Below, in pieces: positions 24,651 to 39,081 of a stretch of DNA of 64,000 bases (within the stretch, counting starts at the first letter, position 1; every line of letters starts with the position of its first letter). Below the pieces are notes generated by a model. It was not told where the DNA came from and ran no database searches. It saw only the letters and a program-made list of their open reading frames with translations. The translations under genes and the position numbers were made by a program. This DNA is from Gnetum montanum (taxonomy: Eukaryota > Plantae > Gnetophyta), in the NCBI GenBank assembly GCA_015680685.1, contig MNCI01002242.1, positions 275,042 to 339,041 on the forward strand, given 5' to 3'.

Positions 24651-25494
24651 TGATGAGACGCGACTTGCACTGGGCCGCGATATCACGTACGCGATATTGC
24701 GTCTTCTCCTGCGATATCGCATACACGATATCGCGTCCTGCCACCATATCTATAAATAAGAGGCGGCACTCCCTTCATTTCAAAATCTTGGCTAGTGTAG
24801 CGAAGCTCTGGCAAATTGATCACTCCAGAGTTAGAATTTTTTCCCATGTGCCCGCAGTAGGAGTACTAGAGTGAACGGCTCTTTATTCGAGCAGCTTGTA
24901 ACCTGAACCGAAGTTGAGTACGACAATAAAGACGAATTTGATTGGATAAACCTTGCAGCACGTGGTTTCATTTATTGTTGTTTATTTACTGCTTTCCTAG
25001 TGCGTTCAAGTCCGACTTGATTACGAGTGTCTACGGACGTGTACGGCTAGTCAAGGAATCGGCTGCTTATCACACATAGGCTAAATAGGTGCCTCAGTAC
25101 GACCACTTCGAGCTCTTGCGTTACGTTCGTCGATCCCAGTAACGATTAGCATTTGGTAAGCCGCAGTTGCATGGTTCAGGGTGTGTCCGATAAGTGGGAA
25201 CGGATGCTGACGCTAGTTAATTTAGACTTAGATCTTTAGTTAGAGTTAGCTTAGTTTCTCAACCCTTTCCCCTGATAGCATAGAAGATAAGCCGAAAATC
25301 CCAAAAAAGTCACATACCTCAGACTTGCTTAACCATACACTGTGACACTTACAAGCAATCCTGGGAAGACAACGAACGATTAACCCCAAGTGTTTCTTGT
25401 GGCGTTAAGGAATTTAGTCTGCGGAGTTCGACCGGATCACGCGTGTACGCTCGTATTCGTATGGTTGAGTGTAGGGGTACCTCGCCACTCATCA
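24651..25494 (+). mobile_element. Young Athila solo LTR
   Basis: TGATGAG...CTCATCA; perfect TSD GTAAC (24646-50, 25495-99); CpG-rich. Confidence 0.95.
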
Positions 25495-25499
25495 GTAAC

Positions 25500-28400
25500 T
25501 AAAATCATTAAGTTATTCAAGTGATTTTGATTATTTTTACTATTAATTACCACAATGTTTCAAAATGAGGTGTTGGGAAAATTTCAAAAAGTACATTGTT
25601 AACCCCCCCATAATAAATGAGCTTAACTCCATAAGCACACAAGTTTTTAAACAATTAAAACCAAAGGTCTAGTTCACAAGATGACCAAGAAATTTTGAAT
25701 TTAGAGGAAATTTCAATATAAAAGCATTAAAGATAACTCAAAATTGATGAGAAGTTGATTGCAAAATTATGCATAAATTTAGAGAATCTATCAAAGATGT
25801 TGTTGAAGATGTGAGGTTTGGTTCAAAGCCATGATCAACAAAAGTTATATTAGTGGGTCCTCCCCAAAGCAAGCTCCTGCGATAATGCCCTTGCATAACC
25901 ACTTCTATAGATGTTTGAGGGAAACTTAGAAGTTAAATGTATATCATGCTTTTGTTCCAAAAAACACACAACTACCTTGGTTAGGATCCTATACTATACT
26001 ATAAAAACTCATTAGGCCTAAAATTGGATGTAGTAGTGAGGTGAATAATGAGATGAGAAGGGATTCTAGAGATTAGAATGTAAGGTACTTAACCATGTCT
26101 GCAATAGGTTCTTGTGTCAATTATGATCAAGATGACCGTTATACCTATCTATCCAAGTTTCAAACCAAGTTCACACCATTAATAGTGGCCTTGCATTAAT
26201 CCATTCCTTCTTGCCTACCATCATGAGTCCATAACAACCACAGAGAATGAACGTCATTTCAAAAAGAGAAGAGAAGAAAAAAGAAGAAGGAAGGAAGGAA
26301 GGGCCTTAGTTAGAGGAGTATTTTCAAGCATGGGTAACATTTCTTTCCATTCCCATAACTAGTGATTGTAGCCCATTATTATTTCTAAGGAATATGATTT
26401 GAATTTTCATTATTTTATTGTTTTTTTCTTTTTTTCTTTTTTCTTTTCTTTTTTTTCTTTTTTGCCAATGGAAACTACACCATGCAAAGACATTACTTCC
26501 CATTTATTGGTCAATGTAGGAATGATGCTATGTTCCATGAGGAGTCATAGACCATAAAAAGAGAATCCAACAAATCCATTTGAGATCACACCCTTTGCCA
26601 TTCCCACTTGATCTTTCTTTAGGAAGATACAATGATTAGTATTTAATTTTATTTTCAAGTAAGAAGAACCATACTTTCATAATAAAGACCTTTTATTTAG
26701 AGAACTGGAGGGATGGATGATGTGGCCTCACTGCTTTACACAATTATTTATCCAATCATCTTGATAGCATAGGATAAAGACCCAACACATGGTGTTGACT
26801 GCTACGTCATGACTAGTAATATTATTAACAAAAAAAAATAGACATTCATAGAACATAATGAAAATGACTTAAGAAAAGAGAAACTTACAAAGAAAATAAA
26901 AATAACAAGAAATGAAAAACATATTAAGAATTAAAATTTTTTTGAAGAAATAGGAAAATGATAAAAAAATTGTAAAACAAAAAAGTGAAATACACTTATT
27001 AGTTCTTGATTCAAGATGGGGCATCTCCCCCATGACTAAACTCATGGGCAAGCATTCGGAAAATGGACTACACATTCCCTTGATTATACACCATAATTTT
27101 TCCATTTATCATCTTTAATGATTTGAGTTTTCTCTTAGTAGGGCATTTAACATTGATGATAATCATGATTTGATCATTTGGAAACATATCCTTAGCTGGC
27201 CTAGAAGGTATTTTTTATTTAATAAGTCCAAACATGTTTCCTTGTTTATTTTCTATTTTAGTTTTTGTGTCTCCTTGTTTAACATCTTCTTCTGGTGTAT
27301 AGTCAAAGTGTAAGATGTTCTTCACTAAGTTCTTTGTTTGGTTCACTCTCTTAGGATAGGAACTAATAAGTGGGTTGGATGTTTCAATATATCTATTTAA
27401 TGGTTTTATATTCTCATTTTCGAGCCACTAGGTATCTTTTGATTTAGTGGCTATTGTGTAGACTTGGTTTTGCATACACACTTGTTCCTTAACTTTGTTG
27501 TGGATTGGTATAGGGATCATGTTAACACTTTGAACTTTTGGCCCACAACTGTACCCTTTATTATTATTAGTAATGAATGGAATTTTCTATGTCTCCATAA
27601 TGGTAGGTTCATCTTTTACATTTTTTCTTGGAGTGGTGATGGTTGTTGGCTTTTACATAGGATTAGGAGACATTGTTTTTGTGAGGAAGGGTGTTGCACT
27701 ATATTGGCCTTATGTTGGTTTGGATGAGCTAGTAGGTCTACAAGTTTTATTCACATGTGTGGGAACTGTCCTAAAGAAAGCGCATTTCTGAGACTTTTGT
27801 TAAGATCTACTAACATTATCATTTACTTGTATGTTCACATCACAAGTTGCATTTTTCTATTGAGGTTGTGGTGCCAATCCTTCCTACATTGTTGGTGGTG
27901 ACATATAATGGAGGGAAGTATCAGAGTGTCAGGGATGTGACATATGATGAATGGCATGGGACAATGATCTCATAGTAGATATTATGGGTTGATGATATTT
28001 AGGAGAGTAGTAGTACTGATTGGAGGTAAAGGAAGTAGAACCATTTGGAGAAACATGTTGCTGAACATAGTATCCATAAGGGTCCAACTAACAATCAGGG
28101 TATTGTTGGTTTGTTGATGGCATCCCCAACAACTATGGCTTTTTCCACTGTGGTTGATAGTAGTCTTGAGGTGATAAGAAGTCCCACTAGGATAAGTATT
28201 ATTAGTTGTAGAACTATCTATAATTTCCTTGTGGATAAAGAAATCTCCTAGGCATTTTCTTTTCTATGGGATTCAAAGCAAAAACTACAAACTCTTGTAT
28301 ATGTAACATAACTGGGAAATAGCCCTTTGGATGTTCATATTGGCAAATGTCACATCCATCATCCTCTTCTATATATAAGTTTGTAACCTCTTCTACTATA

Positions 28401-30335
28401 GCTATTTTCCTTTTTTGTTGATAAGTTTCCTTCTCTATTTCTTTGTTATTTTTTCTCTTCTTATTTTAATCACTTAAAAGTTTTTTCTATACCTTCTCCT
28501 CTATGATTTTCAAGTTGGTTGTAACTTTTTTATTCATCAATTCCCACATATTATCTATCTTTCATTCAATCTTAACCATATACTTTTCTATTGGCAAGGT
28601 TTTATGTAAAATCAACTCATCAAGAGCTGCCTCTTTTTCCTGAAGAGTTGGATCCCAATTATATTCCTCTACACTTTCTCTTTCACATAGCTCTCCTTCT
28701 TCTTTTTCCACCTTTTCAACTAGCCTTTGTATCTAATGGGATATTAGTTTTGATAATCATCCTTGGGCATAGATCCCAAGGGCATCCCTCATTTTATTAT
28801 GGAGCCCATCTATGATGTGGAGAAGCTACTCGTTCTAAGCAAAACCATGGCATTGACATCTATGTAGTAGAGAATAGTATTTGTCCAAGGCTACATCCAA
28901 TGATTCGTGTTTTTATTGCTTCTGCCCTTGGATTTTTTTTTCTTAGATTGGACACTCTTTCATAGGTTTGGTATTTTTTGTTAAAGAGCTCAAGCATTGT
29001 GAAGCACTAGTGGATTGAATCTAGTTCCAACAATCTATACCAACTTTCAACTTCTTCTATTAGTATCCTAGGAAAGAGCTTAAGCTTTTGCCACTTACTT
29101 TTAATATTTTACAAGGTGTGGACATCATGGAAGGCTTGTAAATGATGTTTTGAATTGAAATTATAGGCTCACTCAAATTTAGGAATGTTATCCATATTAA
29201 GCCATTTGATGTGGCTTTCCCTTTAATGCCTATTAGGTATTTGAACTGTCTCCCTAATTTGTATCATGCTCCTAGTAGCCAACAAGGGTTCATCTTCATC
29301 AAACATGTCATGATGATAATCTCTATTTCTTTTTTTCTATAGTGATGATCTCATCTATGCTCACTTTGATGTCTTTGATCTTACCTTTGTGTTCTATTTC
29401 TATCTTCATCTTAATCCTTTAGTGTATCTCTATCTCTATACCTATGTTCATCTTTGTCAAAACTAGACATTAAAGAGGAAGAGAAAGATGGTGAACTGGG
29501 AGAATCACCATGGCTCCTATATCTTCCCTTATGATCCCTTGATTTATCTCTTCTAGGTTTAGAGGAGGTCCTAGGCCTTGAGGCCCTCCTTATTCTAGGA
29601 CTTACTCCATCTTCTCTAGGATTGTCTACATCAGTTAAATGTAGTAAGGGTCTAAATGAGCATATGAGACCTCAGTGTTTAATGATTCACTCCAATTCTC
29701 TTCAATATAGATCCTACCATTTTTCCTACTAGTGTTCTCATCATGTGATGGAGTATCAACCCTATGTGAAGAAGACATGTTTTCAATTAATAATATGTGT
29801 GACTAAAAATATTAATTTTTCTTAAAAGATAAATCATTAATGCTTTTCTAGCGATTATTTATAATATAACTAATCTAGATAACTAGCACCATCCTTGACA
29901 ACAACACCAATGATGAGTAGCTGGTATCCCCTACACCCAACCATACAAATCATAAGTGTTCATTTGCAATCTGATCGAATTCCATGGATGGAACTACTAT
30001 GGAATCTAGATTGTTAAGCATTGATCGCAGGTCACTATCTTCTCACTTGGACTAGTGATAGCTTTATATCGTATTGTTTAGTCCAAAGTGAGGAATATGA
30101 TTATTGATGTTGTGTGGTCCTTAAACTAATTGAATAATCATGTAGAAATTAATTATTCAAACTAATTAATAACAAGAAGATAAATCCTAAACTATCCTAA
30201 GGATGATGAGTGTCCATTCCCATGTTGTTGTACATGTCTTGAACTCATGTACCTACTACTAGGATTACCAAGTGTTATGCTACTGGGTGAACCAAGCAAT
30301 AACGCTACTAGGATTACTAAGCGAATATATTGTCT
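25500..30335 (-). mobile_element. Athila derivative with gag but no recognisable pol
   Basis: Partial 5' LTR 29911-~30335, decayed Asp PBS 29891-29909, gag ~27850-29780 homologous to 1-1707 and 53500-55900, and 3' non-coding blocks shared with 49020-49390. Confidence 0.7.
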
Positions 30336-31933
30336 TGGTTCAATAGGAACATCATTGTTGTCTTGGTTCAGTAGGAACAAGGGATTTGTGAACCGTCTCC
30401 CCTTAGCATTCTCATGATGCCTCTCCTAATGTCGATCTTGCCTGCTTTGTGTGTCAACGGGATGGTAATCCTGAGTGTCATAACCATTGACAAAATATTC
30501 CTCTTGAAGATCTAAGATGCCTAACTTCTTTAGAGTTTGAAGTAGCATCCTGAGCATAGATCAATTGAGGGGCAATAGATGTTTCCTTCCATATCACACC
30601 ATCGCAATTACTCATCCTGATGTAGGATGAAGATGAAATCAAGCACAAACTCATTTGGATGAGTAAATACCACTTTGCACTCTTGTGGGACTAGTGGTTT
30701 AACATCATCACACCTACAAGAAGAAGACATTTTGCAACAAATAAAGTATCAATTTTCTTTTTGTAATTATGAAATATGGGAATGATATCAACCTTGGGGT
30801 TCGTCCAACAATATTACTAATATCCACTAAACCTAGATAGCATATGTTTCAACAGCAAAGTCCCCAGAAACAATGCCAATGATGAGTGGTTGAAGGTACC
30901 CTTATGCCCAACCATATGAATCACAAAACATTCACACGTGATCCAGTCGAATTCCATGGACTCTCTAGTTTCTAGTGCACTAGTCTTCTAGGAAGTGAAT
31001 CTTGCCCTAAGGTCATTTTTTGTCTTCCCAATTACACTTGTGAAGTATAAAGGTATGGTTAAGTGTAATTGAGGAATATGATTTTTATCTTTTTATGTTT
31101 TATGGTTTTGATGCTTAAAGAAAGAGATGAAATATTTTAATAACTAATTTAATTTAACTAACTAATTGGTCTCTAGCTAGTCCTAACATAAGCATCTAGT
31201 CCCACTTTCCATTCACATCTTAAACCCACATATCCACTGCTGGGTTACCAAGCACTACACTACTGGGCACACCAAGCAATGACACTATTGGGATTACCAA
31301 ATGAATATGTTTTTATGCTTGAAGTAGTTGTACTTATGTACTTAATCTACTTAGCTTAATTGATTAAATTCTAATTTAGCTTAATTAATTGAATATTTAA
31401 TAAAAACAATAAATGCATAAATAAAACATTTAAGCTATCCAGAATGCTACAAGGTTTATCAAGAAGCTAATCTTTATTATCATACACACTAGTGTGGTTT
31501 AGGTACAACAATGCTCAAATAAATATTTGTACACTCAATGACTCCTGCTATGAGCACTCGGGAAAATATTCTAACTTTTGAATGTAAAAACTACAAGAGT
31601 TAGGCTACTACTATGACTTCTAATGCATAAACACAGCTGGGGAGCTTGTATTTATAGTTTTTTCTCTAGGGCTACATTGACAAGGCCCCATTAACGTAGG
31701 AAACGCTACATTGATGCGGCCCCATCGATGTGGCAACACCATGTAAATGGAGCCCCATCGATGTGGCAACACCATGTAAATGGAGCCCCATCAACAAGGG
31801 CCCATTGACTAGGCTGCATCAACGAGGGCTCATTGATGTGGCCCCATCGATGGGGCAAAACCACATAAATGGGGCCCATTAATAAGGCTGCATCAACAAG
31901 GGTGCGCCAACATGACACTGTGATGCCTCATCA
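30336..31933 (-). mobile_element. Athila 5' LTR, PBS and gag start (truncated)
   Basis: LTR 30880-31933 (TGATGAG...CTCATCA), PBS TGGCATTGTTTCTGGGGA 30861-30878, gag ATG (MSSS) at 30730. Confidence 0.8.
31719..31792. repeat. 33-bp tandem repeat in LTR U3
   Basis: GCCCCATCGATGTGGCAACACCATGTAAATGGA twice exactly plus a partial copy, within a broader CATCGATG motif array. Confidence 0.9.
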
Positions 31934-33339
31934 AGTTGCATGCAAGTGCAAAGATACCAAAAACAACAGAAATCTTAAAGGTGTAACAATATGTCAAATA
32001 TAAGAAATCAAAAAGATCACAAAATCATGACATAAAAAAATCTTTAAGTAGACTATAATATTCTAACTGTGATTAAAATAATCACATAATCAAAAGGGCA
32101 CTAAACATGGGCCACCTTTCACACCACCTTATTTAATCAAGATCCAATATATAGACTTTATAAATCATAATTTTAACTATATATGTATTATAATTTATAA
32201 TTAAGACTTAATTCTCAATCATCTCATAAGTAAAAGCTATTAGTATAGTGGACACCTTTAATAATAGGACTTATAATAAACTTTATGAAGAGGGCATGCT
32301 TCTTTTAGATCATGGCTAGCCACAACTTTCCAATTTTTCCTTAGGTTCTCTTTTTTAATGGAAAATAGAAAGGTGAAGGAAAAATAAGATAAATAAAGGA
32401 AAATTAGGAAAAGGTAGGAGAGGATCAATTTTTTTTTAATGGATCAAAGGAATGAAGGGTAGGGTGAGGATTGGTGCTGGACCCCATCACACTTAAGAAC
32501 TTATTACACTACCAATGAACATGGTCCTTCTTTTTTTCTAAGGAAGCTTTGCTCATGATGCATTTCATTCTTAAAGTAGGAATTCCAACATGAGTCTAAC
32601 CAATTAGCTACACTACCAAAGAATATGATCCTTTCAAAAACTTTTCCCATGGTGTAGATCAACCCTCATGCATGTGCCTTTAATTATAACCTAGACGACA
32701 TCATAGTAGGTCTCTTATGTGGCTAAGGATTCTCAAGTGAAGAGGGACTCACTTCACCCTATTGCTCATAAGATAGCCATAGATCATCATACTTCAGGGC
32801 TAGGGCTTATGAGAGGAAAAAGAAATTTTCTAAGGCCACCTAGTGATTATGGCTAGCCATTCTCCAATCTCACATGCCCTACATTCACATAACCATGATA
32901 ATCACATGATAAGTCAACATAAATTCTATTCTCCATAATCCAACATGACTAATAAAACTAAAACCTTGAAAAGGATTGGGAAGAGTCATAAAATTATTGA
33001 AGTTTAATCATAAAAAAGATTTTATACATTAATAATACAATATAACATGAATAATATCTAAAACATTATCCTCATATGTTTTTCAAATGGTGTTATGATG
33101 ATCCAAAGCCTAGCACTTAAATGATCATAATGATTATTAAAATCATATTGAAAAGCACAAATAGATCAAACCAAAATCATTATGCTAAGGAGGAAATGAT
33201 GGTAGACACAATATGCATGAGTAAAGAATGAAAATGCAAAGAAAATATGCAAATGCAAATATATACAAATGAAATACATGAAAAATGAGAAAAAAGCATG
33301 CAACTAAGTATCCACCAAGTGACCACAAGTGGCACCTGA

Positions 33340-34600
33340 GTAGAAACACTTTAAATAAAATGCATTAAAATTTCTATGTAATTTGTTTCCTTCGAAATTA
33401 GCAAATTTGTAAACATTAGGGTCAATAACATTTGTGAATTGATATGGACCTAACCACATAGGAGAAAAATTATTTTGAGAACCATTTTGACTAGAAACTC
33501 TATCTCTCTTAAGGACTAAATCACCTACTATAAAATATTTAGTTGCATATTTCTTATCAAACCATCTTTTAATAGTTTGTTGATGATTAAATAAGCTTTC
33601 AACCGCTTTGACCCTTTAAAGTTTTATATTTTAAATGTCATATGTGTGGGAAATTAAGTGTTCATCAATTGGTAAATAATTTAAGAAAAAATGATATGTA
33701 GGAATTTGCAAATTTATTGGTAATATTGGTTCTTGTCCATATACTAAATCATATGGTGTAACTTTGATTGACTCTTTATAACATATTCTATCAACCCATA
33801 CTACCCATTTTAATTGTTCATGCCATGTACATGGATTTTGAGTTATCATCTTTTTCATTCCATCTAATATAACTTTATTGGATGATTCTGCAAACCATTT
33901 CCTTGGAAATAATATTTGGTGATAACTTTGACAATAATATTATGCTCCCTAGCCCAATTTGTAAACTCTATGGAGATGAAGGCAAGTTCATTATCAACTA
34001 CTAAAATGTAAGGATATCTATATCTAGAAATTATATCATTTTCTAAAAAGTGAATAGCTTCACAACATATTGCAATTCTAGTTGTTTTTGCTTCTAACCA
34101 ACGTGTGCAATAATCAGTAGCCATTAAGATAAACATATGTTGAGTTGTTGATAGTGTGTTACTCACTCCTATAAAAACTAAAGTCCATTGTGCAAATGAT
34201 CTAGTTTCTATTATAGGTGGTAAGAGAGCTAAACTTTTGGAATCTTTTCCTTTATAAATTTGACATTGTACATAAGTTTTAACTATATTGTAAGCATTAT
34301 TAATCATAGTAGGCCAGTAGTATCTTGCTCTTATGATTTTATGTACTAACAAACAACATCTTATATGTCTTTCCTCATGTAGTTGCTTTAAACTGTTGTT
34401 AGCTTGTTCTTGGTCTAAATATTTAAGATATATCCCTTTGATTATTTTTTAAAAATAACTCACTACTAATTAAAGTAAACTTAGAATAATTAGATACTAA
34501 AAGCTTTCTTTGATATCTAGGTAAATCTGAAGGACAATGATGAGAGGTCAAATAAAACCTAATATCTCCATGCCATGGATCATGTAATCGGCTAGGATAG
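33340..34600 (-). pseudogene. Integrase remnant
   Basis: KIIRARYYWPTM, QCQ, ILMATDYCTRWLEA, VVDN, QGNG, TPYDLVYGQE, GPY. Confidence 0.9.
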
Positions 34601-34739
34601 AATGGGATACAATAGATAGTATATGAAGCATTATTATTTCTTTGTCTTTAGGTGTATTGTGATTTTCTAAAGTTGAGGCTTTGGGTATGAGCTTGGCAAG
34701 ACCATATCCTCTAACTAACTTGGCTACTTTCCATTGAAT

Positions 34740-35960
34740 ATCAAACTCTTATAATTTCATAACCCATTTAGCACATTTTTCACTAGGATCTTGTAATTTG
34801 GCTAATGCAATGATGGATGAATTAGGAACAATAACAAAAAATTTTGCATTTAACAAATAGTAGCAAAAATTATTTAGAGCTTTAATCATAGCATAAAATT
34901 TTTTTTCTCCAAGTGAATATTTTAATTCTATATCTTTTAATGGTGTAGACATAAAATCTATAGGCCTTTCACCTTGGTTAATGATATCTTGAGTTAAGAT
35001 AGTGATGGTAATAACATCACTAGAAAAAGAATATAAAAGGAAATCATTTTCATACCCAGGAGAAGTTAAAATAGTAGCATCTATAATGGCTTCTTTAATA
35101 GAAAGAAAATCATTTTTTCTTTCTTTTTTCCAATGCATATTACTATCTTTCTTAATGTTCTAAGTAATTTAGCATAAATAAGGACAAATTGTCCAACAAA
35201 ATTGATTTTCCCAAAGAAAGCCCTTAAATCAATCTTAGACAAAGGATAAGGTACCTCTAAAATAGCATTTACCCGCTCGAGATCAATCATAATTTCTTCT
35301 TTAGTCACTATATGACCAAGAAATTTACCACTTTGAACACCAAATATGGATTTCTTTGCATTCAAAGTGATGCCAAGTCACCTACATCTTATGAAAATAT
35401 TTGTAAGGTCTCTAAAGTGTGTACCCCCAATATTTAGAGAAAATGGTTAAATCATCTAGATAAACAATAATGCATTTCTTAATCAATCCTTCAAAATTTT
35501 TATCCATGGCTCTTTGAAAAGTAGAACCAGCATTTATAATAGCAAAAGGCATCTTAGCGAATTGAAAAGTTCCTCATTTTATTGTAAAGGAAGTCTTATA
35601 TTGGTCCTTATTACTTACTAAAATTTGATTATATCTTTAATACATTTGCACACCTTTCATGATTTGCAAAAGCTCTTCCATAAGGGGAAGTGGGTAATTA
35701 TTCTTAATATAAGAAGTATCAAGGTTACGAAAATCAATACATAACCATAATTCACTTGTTCATTTTCTAATTGGCACTAAATTTGATATCCAACTCAAAT
35801 GCCACAAAGGATAAATAATTTTGAATTCTAAAAGTTTATTAATTTCTACTTTCATCAAAGTTTCAATCTTAGGATTAATAGGTCTACATTTTTGTTTAAA
35901 TGATTTTGTTTTGAGTTTAAGATATATAGTATGTATCATCATGAGATTATTAAAAGTTTT
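34740..35960 (-). pseudogene. Reverse transcriptase + RNase H remnant
   Basis: WISNLVPIRK, LCIDFRNL, MPF...NAGSTFQRAM, VYLDD, GKFLGHIV, FFGKINF, ELKYSLGEK. Confidence 0.9.
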
Positions 35961-36303
35961 AAGATCCTCATAAGTCTAAAATAAAACATCATGAAATTCG
36001 TGTAACAATTCAATCAAGTTTTGTTATTCATCTGCATGTAAATAAGCCCCTATTTTAATAGGGTAGTATTGTCCTTTCTTTTAAAATTTAAATTATTTCT
36101 ATTTTAGCTAACATTTACCAAATATTATTTTTAGATATTTCTTCAATTTTGGTATATTAAATAAATCTTCTCTAGTTGTTATTTTAGGAGAGATTTTATT
36201 TAAAAATATGACATCATTGGTTATATCTTCTTGAGAAATTTTCAAACATTGATCACTAAATTCACCCTTGGAAAATAAAAATTCATAAATATGATTATCA
36301 TCA

Positions 36304-36790
36304 TCAAAAACTTGGAAAGAAAAAGATATTATCTAGAATCAAATAAGATTTAACCTTTTCAATAATGCTTTCAAAATCCCAAGCATTATGTCTAAAAGGG
36401 ACATCTAAAGTAGTGGCCATTTGAGCTAATGCATCAAGAACATAATTTTCTACTCTATGAACATGTTCAATAGATATGTGATCAAATTCCTCAAAAAGTT
36501 CAAGGATGTAAGCTTTATACGCTTTCATGATAGCATCCTTATCATTAAAAATCCCATTGATTTAATTTACTATCAATTGAGAATCATTATAAATCCTGAG
36601 TTTGGATAAGTCATAATATTGAGCTAGCTTGATCCCATGTATAAGTGCTTTGTACTCAACCATGTTGTTAGTCATAGGTTGTGTGAAATTGATGGCTTTA
36701 AGGATAAGAGCTTCACTAGGAGGTATGAGCATTTTTCTTGCTCCACATTCTTTCTTAGAAGAAGCACCATCCACTCCTAGTATCCAAGTG
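36304..36790 (-). pseudogene. Additional (archaeal-type) RNase H upstream of RT
   Basis: DGASSK, TNNMVEYKALIHGI, DSQLIVN, IEHVHRVENYVLDALA. Confidence 0.9.
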
Positions 36791-37246
36791 TTTAAGTTAA
36801 TAAAATCTGAAAATTTAGCCCTTTTATTAATGTAGCAATGATCATCATCAAAATTTGGCTTGTCTTATAATTTTTCAATGGCTAGAATTTCATTTATATC
36901 TTTGTTCTTTTTTTATGGCAGCAGATCACCAAAAAGAAATGTTTTTCCATCATGTTGATGATAAGGTAAGGTATCATCAGAGATATCCTTATATTTTCTA
37001 AAAGCTTGATAATATTGAGTGAAATATGTGTAAGCAAAAGAATTTACTTCTAAAATTTCTCACATTATCTTTTATAACATATTTTCCAAGTCCAAATTCA
37101 ATAACTCTAATAAAAAGATTGGTATTTTGGTTTTACAAAGATTGATTTTGTTGATTGAAAGTTGTTACCACATGTTTATAAAACCATTCTCTATGTATAA
37201 CAACATATTTAGATTTTTCTTTAATATAAATTAATAATTCTGAAAA

Positions 37247-39081
37247 CTATGATCTAAAGAAGCCCCCAAATTGGGCTTTGAAAGTCCTCAATAGAAGCAC
37301 ACCATAAGTGGGTGACATATCAACTACTAAAATATCTATATAACATGTGAAAGTAGGGTATTGTTTAAGTTGCACTTTCACTCCTTTTAATGACCCTACC
37401 ATAGGTACATTGGCTCCATCAAGTTGTATCACACTTCTTACTTGTGGAAGCATTTGTGCTCATTACATTTTACCCACTTCTAATGGCATGACACTAAAAG
37501 TTGCACTAGAATCCATTAAGCAACTATGAATAGTCTTACCTAAAATGATCAAGATTATTAGAAAATGAGGTTCATATTTCTTGTTTAACATGAAATTTCT
37601 TGAGTTTTGTATTGATATAGCATTAGGACTTTCTACAAAATAAACTTGTTTTTTAGTTGTTAGAGATTTTTCTTTATTGGTTTTAGATGTATGAACTATC
37701 TTATGGATTATGTCTTTCATTTCATTAAAATGTAAAAGATCATACATTGAGATGTTGTCCTTAATCCTTTTTAAATCTTCAACTAAATCATAGGCTTTAT
37801 GTTCATCTATTGACTAGGAACTCTTGTTTTGGAAAGAGTATAAGTGTTATTCCTAGTTTATTGTTGAGTAGTGTTCATAATGTCACTAATTCTATAGTAG
37901 CGAGTGTTATGTGGATTGGGATCATTCACCATGACTTATTCACATGACGTAACTTCTTCATTTTCTCTTTCATGAGATATGTTTAGGACCATAATTGGGG
38001 CTTTTCTATTTTGTTCATTTTAGGTAATATCACCATATAATACCAAAAATTGGGGTTAAGTTTTCTCAGAACATTGCCTAGTATTATGAAGATGACAATA
38101 ATTATCATTAATGGATGTGCTTGGTTTTATAGATTGTATAGGGACATTGTTATTATTTTACTTTTGTTTGACTACTTCATTTGAAAGCTTTTAAAGAGAA
38201 GTTAATATTTGAGTTATTTAATTCTCTATTTGATTAGTCAATCCATTCAAATTAGATGCTCCATTTAGTTTTATGATGGATTGGATTAACGATTTTGATT
38301 GATTGTCACTCAAATTGGTATTTAATGGTAGAAATTAAGAATAAGTTAAACTTTGAAAAAAATTATTTGTAAGTTGAGACATTTGGAGGGAAGTAGGGAT
38401 CTAAAACATACTATTATTCATTGGGAGAGTTTGTGATGGTAAGGGACTAGATTACATAGAATTACTAATTCTAATCATTCCAAATTGAGTTTGAATGCTA
38501 TTCATTAAGGTAATTTTTTCTAGCTCAACAACTTTAGCCATTACTCCTTGTAATTCTTTTATGTTGCGATCAGATTTAATGACATAGGCAAAGAACAGAT
38601 CAATTGTGGAGAGGTAAAAATTGAGGATACCATTATGTTGAAAACACATCTCATTTGACACATAAGCTATTTGATGAAGAAATCTTAAATTATAGTCACA
38701 AATGTTTTTCCTAGGTAGTTTTCTTAGACCTGTAAAGTTGCTTGAGACTAAGGCAAGACTAGTAAACTTATCAAATTGGACTAGAAACTTCTTTTTAAGT
38801 TCTAGCCATCAATTAATAGAGGCATTAGGGAGCATTAAAAACCATTGTGTGGGTTTACTTCTAAGAGTAGTTATGAAGACTCTACATGCTATGTCATTTT
38901 TAGTAATATTGTAGATGCCTAGCAAAGTTTCAAAGCATTCTACATGTTGCCATGCATCACTAGTGGAAGATGTAGGATCAAAGAATAAATTGATGTTTTG
39001 TAGAGATTTAGGTATGTTATGATAGATTGTGAAATTAAAGGAATTGGTAACCAGGGGAGACGAGGGTGGATTCGCTACCAT
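37247..39081 (-). pseudogene. gag and aspartic protease remnants
   Basis: DIACRVFITTLRSKPTQWF...SIN (gag); CLMDSSATFSVMP and YGVLLLR (protease). Confidence 0.8.

Noticed and set aside
24651-24660. (C)TGATGAG as a hammerhead ribozyme core
   Set aside because: It is the LTR terminus; no supporting helices or properly placed GAAA were seen.
23714-31933. Inverted LTR pair as the TIRs of one large element
   Set aside because: Each is an ordinary Athila LTR with its own PPT or PBS context, there is no shared TSD, and they are best read as independent insertions.
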